Virus record (IMG/VR): IMGVR_UViG_3300008255_000032
Location: 1-43,734 of that record
Origin: a virus
Lineage: Duplodnaviria > Caudoviricetes
DNA length: 43,734 nucleotides
Reading direction: 5' to 3' (one strand)
Part shown: positions 9,604 through 18,594 of the stretch, one piece after another
Layout: the number at the start of each line of letters is the position of its first letter
Position numbering within the stretch: position 1 is the first letter of the stretch
The notes under the pieces: generated by a model
What the model saw: only the letters and a program-made list of their open reading frames with translations
Databases searched by the model: none
What the model was told of the DNA's origin: nothing
Made by a program: the position numbers and the translations under genes

Positions 9604-12600
9604 ATGTCGTACAAGAGCCCTTTCTCAGGAATGTTCGCAGCAGCACAGGACCAAGAGGAATCTGGTTCTGATTCTTCTAGTGCGCCGACCAGCAGCTCAG
9701 GTGGCTACAAAAGCTCGTTTTCGGGCATGTTTTCTAAGCGCAAGAAAAAAGATGAAGAAGAGGCTCAGCTCCAGCTCGAAACTGAGATGAAGCAAAAAGA
9801 CGAGACTAAAAAAGCGGAAGATAAAAAGAATGCTGATAAATCTATTCTCGACAAAACTGGTGACGTTGTTGGTGGTGTTGGTAATTTCATAAAGGATGCT
9901 GCTATCGGAGTGAAAGACTCGGCCGTAAATGCCTATACTGGTGTCAAAGATACTGTTGAGGGTTCGGTGGCTACCAACGATGCCCTTAAAGATACTGAAG
10001 AATTGAACAAAAAGAATAAGGTTATCAGGGACAAAATCTACGGTATTACTGGTGATAAAACAGATGACGCTACCTGGAATGACCCGAAGGTAAAAGCCCT
10101 CGTCAACGAACAGAACCGCAACTCTCTCGAGGCTGGGATGGGCCAAGGGCTCACTGAGCAACAGAAAAAAGATTCTGGCTACGACCCTAATAAAGCCAAA
10201 GAATCAACTCAAAAACAAGCTGACCGCACCAAAGAATTCGATGAATCTCAAAAAGTTGATGCCAAAAAGACTGCTTTTGCTGCTGCTGATACCTTCTTAA
10301 ATGTCGCCACTCTTGGACTTGGTACTGGGCTCAAAGCCGTCGGCAAGCAAGCCATTGTCACTGGTGGCAAAGCTGTAGCTGAATATGCCACCAAACAAGC
10401 TTTGAAAACTGCTATTAAAACAGGCGGTACTACGGCTGTAGAGCAAATAATCAAGCAGGGTGGCGAGGCTGCCGTTAAGAAAGCTGCTCAGGAAGTGCTT
10501 GAAGAGGGAGCTAAAACAGTTGTCAAATCTGGTGCTCGTAAATTAGCTGAAAACGCTGGAAAAGATGCAGCTATCGGTGCTGCCTACGGCGTGACCCAAA
10601 CTGGAGTAAACGACCCTGATGCTGACTTGAACGATTTTATTCTCAATGCTGCTTTTGGCGCGGGTATCGGAGCGCTCGTTCCTGTTGTCGGTGCTGGTCT
10701 TAAAAAGGGTGGCCAAAAAGTTGTCCAGGCAGTCAAGGGTGACGCTACGAAAGTAGTAACCAAAGCAGTTGACGGCGAAGTAAATTCACTCGTCCAGGAC
10801 GCTATCGATGCGCAATCAGAAAAGTACGGTACGAATGCCCTGACTCGTGTGAAGAACTGGGTTGGTGACCAGGTGAACCCATATCGGGCCCTGGCCAAGA
10901 TTGATGATGCCTATGCGAAGACAACTGGTAAAGCTCGTCATCTCCTAGAAGCGGGCGAAAACCTTGAAGATTTGGCACGTCGTTCGGCCGTTTCAGAGCG
11001 CGAAGCTGCTACCCTTCTATTCAAAGAACTTGATGTTCCAGGGCCCGACGGCAAAGCATTCAAGAGCTCGGCTGCCGATTTGGTCAAGAAGTACAAAGGT
11101 GATTCCGCTGAAGGCAAAATGTTCAACGAATATACGAACCATAAATTCGACCTCGAGTTCCGTGATAAAAATGGTGGCAAAAAGCGTATTCAGCAGACTC
11201 TTGAAGACGCTGACATTAAGAAATTTGTCGATGATTACGAACGAACCAACCCAGATGCAGTCAAAGACTTGGCTGTTAAAAAGCGTGTCAACGATGAGGC
11301 TGTCGATTATATGCAACGTGCGGGCGCTATCTCAAAAGAAGAGGCTGCTCAAATTAAATCTGCCTACAAAAACGCTGTACCGCTTGAGCGTATTTTCCCT
11401 GATGATTTGGCGCGTCCTGAAATGGTCGGCAAAAATGTCGGTTCTATCGCCAAACAAACCGTAATTCAAAAGCTAGAAGGTGGCTCAGACATTCCACTTT
11501 CAAATAGCTTCGATACTATGCTAAATCGTGTTGGCAAGGCCGTGAGCCAAGGCAACCGTGCCAAACTTGCTCAGAAACTACTAGAGCGTAGCGAGCAAGG
11601 CCTCTTAGAGGGCTCAAAGGTACTTGTGACGGCTGGCAACTTAACGGCCCGTAAAACGCTTCGTGAGCAGTCACAGCTCGTCAGTAAGGGTGTCCGAAAT
11701 CTCAATAAGAAAATGGCCCTCAGCAACAAACAGGTCAAACGCCTGGACAAAGAGCTCGCAAAGCTTGGCGTGGTCGCTGATGAAAAGGCTGCCGTGGCTG
11801 CAGGGCTTCGTGAATCGGCCGAATCGGTTGTGCCACTTATGAAGGAAACAGCTCCAAAATCTATCGATGAATTGACTCAGACCTACAAAATCAAGGACCA
11901 ATTATTGAAAGCCTATGGTTTTGGCGGGGTTAAAGCCTACGGCAAGCGAGCACCCGAGAAGGTGTTCTCTGTCGAGCAAATGGCAGCTGATATTCATAAC
12001 GGTGGCTGGAAGCAACTCCGAGCTCTCAATCCCGACATCTCAGAAGCTACGGCTAAATCTATCGCGACTCAGGTGCTTCGCGCACCAAAAGCAGTAGCAG
12101 GGAAAGTTGTCGGTACTGAAGGTGTGCTCGAAGGCAAAACTACCAGCCGTTCGGTTATCAAGAAATTGCTCAATTCTTCTGAAAAAGACATCGAAGCAGT
12201 TCGTAAAAAGATTGCTACCCGTGAGCCAAAATTAGCTGCCAAGATGGATGAAGTGCTCAATATCAAGCGCGAAATCGATTCTCTAAAAGTAGTCAAGACG
12301 CAGCTGAAAGAAGTGACAGCTGATTTTACTGATGACCCGACTACTGGCAAGCAAGTCGTTTCTGGTATCATCGATGGCGAACCATACAAAATGGAAGTAC
12401 CACCAGCGATTGCCAAAGCCGTACAGGGCATGGACAACAAAAAAGTAGAAGGGGTGCTCAAGGCATTCGCTATCATCAAGAAACCGTTCGAAGTCACCTG
12501 GACAGGTGTTTTCAACCCTGTCTTTGCTGCAATGTCATTCCTCGTCTACGATACGCCGATGTCATTCATCAACAGCCCGCAGGGGCGTAAGGTGTTCGGT

Positions 12601-13995
12601 CCGAAGGCCGTGCTCGAAGGCTTCAAATCATTGAACGCTAATTCGAAGTTCCAAAAGGCTTTGGCTGCTGAAGGTGCTCGGCCTTATGGTGGCTCGGGTG
12701 CTTCAGCCTTCACAAAGATGGATGCCAAAGCTATTGCAGCCCAACGAAATATCCTCACCAAAATTAAGTACACGGCCAGCAACCCAGAGGTCGCACTATC
12801 AAAGCTCGATGTCTGGGGTGGTAAATTGGCCAACTCTACTCGTACTCGTATTGCTCGAGCAACCTATGATGATGTGCTCCGACAAATCAAAAAAGAAGGT
12901 GGCGACATCGCGGGTGAAGCCTCGCAGAAAAAAGCTATGGAAGCAGCTGCTCTCGCATATCGAACAATCATGCCTGACTACGACACCATGAGTCACCTGA
13001 CGCGCCAAATAAACTCAGTCGTTCCATTCTACGCTGCCTCGGTCGCTGGTACTCGCTCGTTTGGCCAGGCGATTCGTCGCAACCCTCGCGATACCTTACT
13101 CAAAGCAACTACGGTCGGCCTACTACCTACTGTCGGCGTGACGGCATTTTCATTGATGCAACCAGCAGGACAGGAATTCTATAAGGATATGGAAGCCTCT
13201 GGCAATACCCGAACCCTCGACGATAACTTAGTCGTGGTTCTTCCTGGTGCTCACAAAGATGACGAAACTGGTGAGTGGAAGGGTATTATTAAAATCCCTC
13301 TCGCTCCTGAATTCCGTGCTATAAACCAAACAACGTGGCGTTCGACTCGAGGATTGATGGGTGGAGAAGGCCCAGAGGCTTCACACATCGCGCTCTCACT
13401 GTTCGACACGATAACAGGTGGCGTTCGAAATAGTGAAAACCCGCTAATTTCTACTCGTCGAATCCTTTCAGGCGAAGACCCTCGTACTGGCGAACAGCTC
13501 GTCAAGGGTGACATGGCCAACTTGCCAAAAGAAGAGCAGATGTACGAGTGGACCAGTGAATCTGGTAAATTCATCGGCAAAGTGCTCAACACCTCACCAA
13601 TTCAAGGCGACAAGATTTTAAGTCAATTTGGTTTGGTGGGCCAGACTGCGAAGAACGGTGGCAAGCCAGTTGAAGCGGTGACCGAGAATATCGGCAATCG
13701 TGTGACTGGTGCTTTTGGTGAGAAAGCCAACGAGTCATTCTTCAGCACTTATAGTCCTGTCAAAGCACGACGCGATAAGGTGTCGAAAGAAGTAACTGAC
13801 CTCATCAAAGCGGGCAAGCGAAACGAGGCCCGTCGCAAGGCAAATGAGTTCAACGAATCCCTATCGGGTAAGTTTGGCGACTTCGAAGAGAAGTACGGTC
13901 AATCTGATGCGAAAGACCCAGCCTGGGACGATTTGATGAGTGGGCTTATAATCAAAACTAGTGACAGCGGTTTTAACTCTCGTTTCAAGCAATAA
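9604..13995 (+). CDS. Large internal virion / DNA ejection protein, possibly with an LPD38-like C-terminal region
   Basis: 1463 aa, Gly/Ala-rich hydrophobic segments, C-terminal IKIPLAPEF; podovirus position after nozzle. Confidence 0.7.
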   Translation: MSYKSPFSGMFAAAQDQEESGSDSSSAPTSSSGGYKSSFSGMFSKRKKKDEEEAQLQLETEMKQKDETKKAEDKKNADKSILDKTGDVVGGVGNFIKDAAIGVKDSAVNAYTGVKDTVEGSVATNDALKDTEELNKKNKVIRDKIYGITGDKTDDATWNDPKVKALVNEQNRNSLEAGMGQGLTEQQKKDSGYDPNKAKESTQKQADRTKEFDESQKVDAKKTAFAAADTFLNVATLGLGTGLKAVGKQAIVTGGKAVAEYATKQALKTAIKTGGTTAVEQIIKQGGEAAVKKAAQEVLEEGAKTVVKSGARKLAENAGKDAAIGAAYGVTQTGVNDPDADLNDFILNAAFGAGIGALVPVVGAGLKKGGQKVVQAVKGDATKVVTKAVDGEVNSLVQDAIDAQSEKYGTNALTRVKNWVGDQVNPYRALAKIDDAYAKTTGKARHLLEAGENLEDLARRSAVSEREAATLLFKELDVPGPDGKAFKSSAADLVKKYKGDSAEGKMFNEYTNHKFDLEFRDKNGGKKRIQQTLEDADIKKFVDDYERTNPDAVKDLAVKKRVNDEAVDYMQRAGAISKEEAAQIKSAYKNAVPLERIFPDDLARPEMVGKNVGSIAKQTVIQKLEGGSDIPLSNSFDTMLNRVGKAVSQGNRAKLAQKLLERSEQGLLEGSKVLVTAGNLTARKTLREQSQLVSKGVRNLNKKMALSNKQVKRLDKELAKLGVVADEKAAVAAGLRESAESVVPLMKETAPKSIDELTQTYKIKDQLLKAYGFGGVKAYGKRAPEKVFSVEQMAADIHNGGWKQLRALNPDISEATAKSIATQVLRAPKAVAGKVVGTEGVLEGKTTSRSVIKKLLNSSEKDIEAVRKKIATREPKLAAKMDEVLNIKREIDSLKVVKTQLKEVTADFTDDPTTGKQVVSGIIDGEPYKMEVPPAIAKAVQGMDNKKVEGVLKAFAIIKKPFEVTWTGVFNPVFAAMSFLVYDTPMSFINSPQGRKVFGPKAVLEGFKSLNANSKFQKALAAEGARPYGGSGASAFTKMDAKAIAAQRNILTKIKYTASNPEVALSKLDVWGGKLANSTRTRIARATYDDVLRQIKKEGGDIAGEASQKKAMEAAALAYRTIMPDYDTMSHLTRQINSVVPFYAASVAGTRSFGQAIRRNPRDTLLKATTVGLLPTVGVTAFSLMQPAGQEFYKDMEASGNTRTLDDNLVVVLPGAHKDDETGEWKGIIKIPLAPEFRAINQTTWRSTRGLMGGEGPEASHIALSLFDTITGGVRNSENPLISTRRILSGEDPRTGEQLVKGDMANLPKEEQMYEWTSESGKFIGKVLNTSPIQGDKILSQFGLVGQTAKNGGKPVEAVTENIGNRVTGAFGEKANESFFSTYSPVKARRDKVSKEVTDLIKAGKRNEARRKANEFNESLSGKFGDFEEKYGQSDAKDPAWDDLMSGLIIKTSDSGFNSRFKQ

Positions 13996-14028
13996 TCTGA
14001 TAGAATAACATAAGAAGGAAACAAAAAA

Positions 14029-14886
14029 ATGCCAACAATCAATCCAGACTTACCCAGCAACGGTGACAGCGCAGTAGTAGACGTATATAATGCTGCAGTT
14101 CAAGCAATTTTCGCTGTCTTAAATGGTGCGCTCGACCAAGATAACCTTGCTGATGGAGCGGTTGTGCTTTCCAAGCTCTCTACGGCTTTACAGCAAGCAC
14201 TCGTTCCAGCTGGTACGATTCTAGCTTACGGTGGCACGGCAGCACCTTCAGGTTTCTTGCTTTGTTACGGTCAGTCAGTGCTCCGAACAACTTATTCTGA
14301 TTTATTTGCGATTGTCGGTACAGCTTTCGGTTCGGCCGACGGCACTCACTTTAATCTCCCAGACCTCCGAGGTCGCGTCCCTGTTGGTAACGACGCTATG
14401 GGCGGTACTGCAGCAAATAACATGCAACGTTCAACTACTATTAGTACGACCAACGCCAGTCCTACAGCCACTCCAGCTTCAATGACTGGTTTAGCCGTTG
14501 GAATGAAAATTGTTTCTACGAATGTTCCAGCAGGAACAACTATCACCGTAGTTGGTTCTACGACAATTACGATGTCAGCCAACGCTACTGCTACCGCTGC
14601 TGGTACTGCTGCTCGATTCTCAATGATAACCGATGCCAACGTCATTGGTAGCACGGGTGGTACGGATGTACACGCACTTATTACCGCTGAACTTGCATCT
14701 CACGCACACGTAGTCACAGCAGTTAGAGACTTAGGTACTAACAGTACTGCCTTCGCCTTGAAGTTTGCTACAACTAGTGGTTTTAACGCTGGTCCAGAAT
14801 CATTCAGCAGTGCTACAGCTGGTAGCGACAAAGCTCATCCAAATACTCAACCTAGTCTTTTAGTAAACTACATAATTAAGGTCTAG
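14029..14886 (+). CDS. Tail-collar domain fibre protein
   Basis: PAGTILAYGG.AAPSGFLLC.G...Y.DLFAIVG...FNLPDLRGRVPVG and HPNTQPSLLVNYIIK. Confidence 0.88.
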   Translation: MPTINPDLPSNGDSAVVDVYNAAVQAIFAVLNGALDQDNLADGAVVLSKLSTALQQALVPAGTILAYGGTAAPSGFLLCYGQSVLRTTYSDLFAIVGTAFGSADGTHFNLPDLRGRVPVGNDAMGGTAANNMQRSTTISTTNASPTATPASMTGLAVGMKIVSTNVPAGTTITVVGSTTITMSANATATAAGTAARFSMITDANVIGSTGGTDVHALITAELASHAHVVTAVRDLGTNSTAFALKFATTSGFNAGPESFSSATAGSDKAHPNTQPSLLVNYIIKV

Positions 14887-14896
14887 GTGCGGTTGG

Positions 14897-15145
14897 ATGG
14901 ACCCTATATTCACTGAGTTACTAAAACAGGGAGTCGTCGGGCTCATCGGAGCAATCGGCTTTTTTCTATTTTTCCAGGAGCGCAAAGAGCGCAAAGAATA
15001 TCAGGACAAATACGAAGCATCTCTCGAGGCCAGACGTGTTGATTCCATCGACCGTGAAGGAAAAGTTATTGCTTTAGGTACGAATTTCTCACAGAATGTT
15101 AGCAATTTAACTGATAAAATAGTAGCTGGAAAGAAGAGTAGCTAG
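14897..15145 (+). CDS. Putative holin-like membrane protein
   Basis: Single N-terminal TM (GVVGLIGAIGFFLFF) plus charged tail, in lysis module. Confidence 0.6.
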   Translation: MDPIFTELLKQGVVGLIGAIGFFLFFQERKERKEYQDKYEASLEARRVDSIDREGKVIALGTNFSQNVSNLTDKIVAGKKSS

Positions 15146-15146
15146 T

Positions 15147-15353
15147 ATGAACTTCTTATGGTTTCGTTGTAAACAGAAAAAAGTAGAGACTGAGCAGTTT
15201 GAGCGTCAGGTCACTATTGAAGTGGAGCATAACAAAAATGCTTCTGCTAAAACAGTTGCGGAAAACAAGAAAATAACAGATAATTTTAATAAGCTCATAC
15301 GTCATAACAATTTTACTATTAGGATTCATGGTGCAGCGGGCGGGAAACACTAA
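15147..15353 (+). CDS. Small basic lysis-module protein
   Basis: 68 aa, fills gap exactly between neighbours. Confidence 0.55.
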   Translation: MNFLWFRCKQKKVETEQFERQVTIEVEHNKNASAKTVAENKKITDNFNKLIRHNNFTIRIHGAAGGKH

Positions 15354-15354
15354 A

Positions 15355-15834
15355 ATGGAAATAAAAGACGCAGCATTATACCTACTCATACTAAAGACAA
15401 TATCTTCGGTTGCTCTATTGTGGGTCTTAGCCAAACAAGCGAGATACCTCCGAGAAAACAACCCACCAGAAGAGCAGAAAATCAGACTTGCCTTAGCTGG
15501 TGTCACTGTTATTCTCATCAGTGGAAACATAATTCCTATCTTAATAGATTTGTTGACTTTATTTGGTAGCATTAAATATAGCGCCCATGTACTTAACACT
15601 ACTGGAATTATATACACATTCTCGTATGGGGTTTTCGCTGTAGTTGTCGGTCTAGCCTGGGCCTTTTTCTACTGGTTGGCCGACCGTGAAAAAGTTTATC
15701 TCAAAGAAGAAGTCAAAGAGCTGCACCAAGAGGTAGACGACCTCCATCAAACCGCAACCGATGTTTCTAACGCTCAAGATGTAAAAGACGTGAAAAGTGC
15801 CAAAGTTCTGAAAGAAGCTAGAAAAAAGCAATAG
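15355..15834 (+). CDS. Three-TM membrane protein (holin/antiholin candidate)
   Basis: Start taken at MEIKD just after previous stop; three hydrophobic segments and coiled-coil tail. Confidence 0.6.
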   Translation: MEIKDAALYLLILKTISSVALLWVLAKQARYLRENNPPEEQKIRLALAGVTVILISGNIIPILIDLLTLFGSIKYSAHVLNTTGIIYTFSYGVFAVVVGLAWAFFYWLADREKVYLKEEVKELHQEVDDLHQTATDVSNAQDVKDVKSAKVLKEARKKQ

Positions 15835-15849
15835 TGCTATAATTAGCTT

Positions 15850-16542
15850 ATGACAAATGCTCAACGCGCAGAACGATTTGCAGCTAAATATACAGGTCAG
15901 TATATTGACGAAGACAAATGGTACGGCTCACAGTGTTGGGACGTTTCAGCTCGTTATGCCCGTGAAGAATATGGCTGCCCTTCATTCAATACTGGTTCTG
16001 GTGGTGCAGAAGGACTTTATAGAATATACGCTCAACCAATACCACAGTTTTTTGACAAAATATCTGGTTCACAACTTCAAGGCGGTGATATTGCCGTTTG
16101 GGACAAAACCTTCTACGAACCGTGGGGGCATACAGCTGTAGTGCTTTGGCGCGAAGGCAACACGGTTTGGGTTATTGAACAGGATGGTTCTAAGGACCCA
16201 AATGGCGATGGTATTGCTGACGGTGTGGCGTATGTGGTACAACGTACAATAACAAGTAAAATTAACGGGTTACGACCCAAAGGAAAGGCAATTGTAATGA
16301 CAGAAGATGGCGTAAGATTTGGAATACTAGCCGTAACTGGCGGTAAGCCAATGAAAGAATATGAAATTGAAGTAAAATATTGGACTAACCGCGACCCTGC
16401 AGAATTCGCAAAATATCTATATGGTATGAGCGACAATTATATGGTTCAAGCCTACAAAGATATTGCTAGTCTGAAGAAGCAACTAGCCGACAGTGGTAAT
16501 ACTGAATTTGTAGAGACTAAGGTGTATACTAAAAAAAGTTAA
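15850..16542 (+). CDS. Endolysin, CHAP amidase/peptidase
   Basis: YGSQCWD (catalytic Cys), GDIAVW, WGHTAVV (His), VIEQD. Confidence 0.88.
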   Translation: MTNAQRAERFAAKYTGQYIDEDKWYGSQCWDVSARYAREEYGCPSFNTGSGGAEGLYRIYAQPIPQFFDKISGSQLQGGDIAVWDKTFYEPWGHTAVVLWREGNTVWVIEQDGSKDPNGDGIADGVAYVVQRTITSKINGLRPKGKAIVMTEDGVRFGILAVTGGKPMKEYEIEVKYWTNRDPAEFAKYLYGMSDNYMVQAYKDIASLKKQLADSGNTEFVETKVYTKKS

Positions 16543-16557
16543 ACAAGGAAAATTGAA

Positions 16558-16842
16558 ATGAATGAATTACTAGCCCTAAACGCAGCCCAGGTAGCATTAC
16601 TGCTTACCACGGTTGTCGGTGTGAACGAACTTTTGGTCCGTTTACGCGCCAAAGACTATTGGACGGCCATTACTATCGGTAGTGCAGCTGTTCTTGGTGG
16701 TTTGTTCGGCCTATACTACCACGTCGATTTTGTCGCTGGTGTTGCAGCTGGATTCGCAGCAGCGGGTACTTTGAAAGGTATCTCAATGTTCGGGAACAAA
16801 AGTACTGCCACTCCAAGTGAAGACACTTTAGTAGTAAAATAA
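16558..16842 (+). CDS. Holin
   Basis: 94 aa, 2-3 TM helices, directly after endolysin. Confidence 0.7.
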   Translation: MNELLALNAAQVALLLTTVVGVNELLVRLRAKDYWTAITIGSAAVLGGLFGLYYHVDFVAGVAAGFAAAGTLKGISMFGNKSTATPSEDTLVVK

Positions 16843-16855
16843 AAAACTCCACATA

Positions 16856-16894
16856 AATAAAAAAGACCACCTGCGAGGACTGGTCTTTTTTATT
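16856..16894. terminator. Bidirectional terminator where the two arms converge
   Basis: AATAAAAAAGACCA-cctgcgaggac-TGGTCTTTTTTATT. Confidence 0.88.
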
Positions 16895-17006
16895 GTTTGA
16901 GAGACTTTTTGGTCTTTATTTTTTTTTACTCACCGTGTTTGTTCTGCTCATAATATACCACAAAAATGAAAAAGCAATAACATTTCTGCTATTGCTTTTT
17001 TGTTCC

Positions 17007-17223
17007 ACATCCATAAAGGCTCTCAAACTTGTATGGATATAGGCGAGGGCGGGGAGGGACGGCTGTAATGACCAATCCGTTGTCCGAAGACAAGCTCTGG
17101 GGTTCCATAGCCAACTAATTAAGTGTCACCCGCTTCTTCCTATCTGGCCACCACCGCAAGCTATCAAGAGATGCTTAATGGCCAGAATTGGAAGGTCGAA
17201 CGGACTCGCAAATACCGTTCGAC
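17007..17223 (-). ncRNA. Candidate structured non-coding RNA of unknown class
   Basis: Consecutive stems, a cUUCGg tetraloop on the - strand, no credible ORF. Confidence 0.5.
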
Positions 17224-17243
17224 TCATCCTATTTTATCAGAAT

Positions 17244-17846
17244 CTAGTACCAATTGTGAGAATCGTGGAAACTTACTGCAGCTTGCCAAGAACCATAACG
17301 ACCAGTGACATAACTATTCATCCATCTAACCTGACATGCGCCATCGCCTAGACTACAACCTGATTTACCGCAAGGTAATTCCTGAGCGACACCACATGCA
17401 CCTGAGCTAGGATTCACGGCGTTTGGATTACACCCGCTCTCGCGCCGTATAAGCTCGTTAGCGTTCGCAACGTCCGAAATACCAGCTTCGGCTATCCAAG
17501 AGTCACAGGACCCTCCAAACGAAGCCGAGGACGTAGTTTTTGGCGCAGTCTGCGGAGCTTCGATTGGTTTATCGATACAACTGAAAGGAGCGTCTTTCGC
17601 TATGTATTGTGTGTTTTGGTCGCATTTATTTGGGTTGCTTTCCCAAGTCGGCACTACCTCAACAGGGGTAGGTTCAACTGTTTTTTCTTCTACAACTGGG
17701 GTGGGCGATTTTTCGGTCGCCGTCACCTCAGAGGTCATGCTTGCTTGTGACGGTGTTATTGGCAGAGGGGCTGCGGATGCAATCATCCCTCCTGTTAGTA
17801 CAATGGCTAAAGTTACCTGAAGCGCATCTTTAATATGAGTTTTCAT
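17244..17846 (-). CDS. Secreted lytic transglycosylase (SLT/lysozyme-like, APF-type C-terminal domain)
   Basis: Signal peptide, Pro/Thr linker, LIRRESGCNPNAVNPSSGACGVAQ, YVTGRYGSW...HNWY. Confidence 0.85.
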   Translation of the reverse strand: MKTHIKDALQVTLAIVLTGGMIASAAPLPITPSQASMTSEVTATEKSPTPVVEEKTVEPTPVEVVPTWESNPNKCDQNTQYIAKDAPFSCIDKPIEAPQTAPKTTSSASFGGSCDSWIAEAGISDVANANELIRRESGCNPNAVNPSSGACGVAQELPCGKSGCSLGDGACQVRWMNSYVTGRYGSWQAAVSFHDSHNWY

Positions 17847-17880
17847 AATCGCGCCCTGGACAATGGCAGAGATGGGCTGA

Positions 17881-18084
17881 CTAATCCTTTCGTTTAGTTA
17901 CTATTTTTGGACTTCGTACTTCGTTTGCGACGTGGACTATTGCTAGGACCACCGCCACAAAGATTGTAGCATATCCCAGAATCGTCTTATCCAAAACTGG
18001 AATTCGACCGACTAGGGCTAGGCCCGCTATTGCGACCAGTGATAGGCCGAATGGTGTTGTTGCTTTTACGATTTTTTCAAACAT
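17881..18084 (-). CDS. Small two-TM membrane protein
   Basis: Two hydrophobic helices, basic tail, TAAGGAG RBS. Confidence 0.75.
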   Translation of the reverse strand: MFEKIVKATTPFGLSLVAIAGLALVGRIPVLDKTILGYATIFVAVVLAIVHVANEVRSPKIVTKRKD

Positions 18085-18123
18085 TTTGATTGCTCCTTAC
18101 AATTTATTGATGTTTACTAGAGT

Positions 18124-18153
18124 ATTCTACCATAGCCTGTATGTGTTTGTCAA
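18124..18153 (-). promoter_or_regulatory. Sigma70-type promoter with GGCTATGGT box
   Basis: TTGACA-18-TAGAAT with extended TG. Confidence 0.75.
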
Positions 18154-18189
18154 GTGCCTTTGTAACATAATTATGCTATACTTAAACCT

Positions 18190-18594
18190 ATGAATACTTG
18201 TACCACATGCGGAACCACAGAAAATCTCTTTGTTTATACCCGTAAGAAAAACGAAGACGGCACAGTAAGATATAACTATTATATGTGTACTGAGTGCAAT
18301 ACTGCGCGAGCAAAAAAGTACCGAAAAACGTCTAATGGCAAGAAGGCAACTTCAGAACAGAGAGCACGATACTCAGAGAAAAACCCAGAACGTGTTAAGG
18401 CGTGGAGAGCTGCTCAAATTTTAGAGAACAAGCCATGTGAAATTTGCGGAAAGTCACCAGCGCACAAACATCATCCAAATGTTAAAAGGCCTTTATTTGT
18501 CATTCACTTGTGCCCCTATCATCATCGTCAAGCACATAAAACTAATGATATGACAGAGGCCGTCGGACATCCTGGATACTATTCAAAACGATAA
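18190..18594 (+). CDS. Zinc-binding HNH-like endonuclease inserted against the local gene direction
   Basis: CTTC..CTEC, CEICG...HKHHP...LCPYHHRQAH; own TGCTATACT promoter. Confidence 0.75.
   Translation: MNTCTTCGTTENLFVYTRKKNEDGTVRYNYYMCTECNTARAKKYRKTSNGKKATSEQRARYSEKNPERVKAWRAAQILENKPCEICGKSPAHKHHPNVKRPLFVIHLCPYHHRQAHKTNDMTEAVGHPGYYSKR

Noticed and set aside
16895-17028. GTTTGAGAG as a type II CRISPR repeat or mini-array
   Set aside because: Only two short copies, inverted, with no 36-bp repeat-spacer structure and no cas genes
17049-17133. tRNA, pistol or twister ribozyme call for the cloverleaf
   Set aside because: No TTCRA T-loop, 7-bp acceptor or CCA; the UUAAUUAG and UUCG arm recall pistol, but the P1 pseudoknot and GU cleavage site are missing
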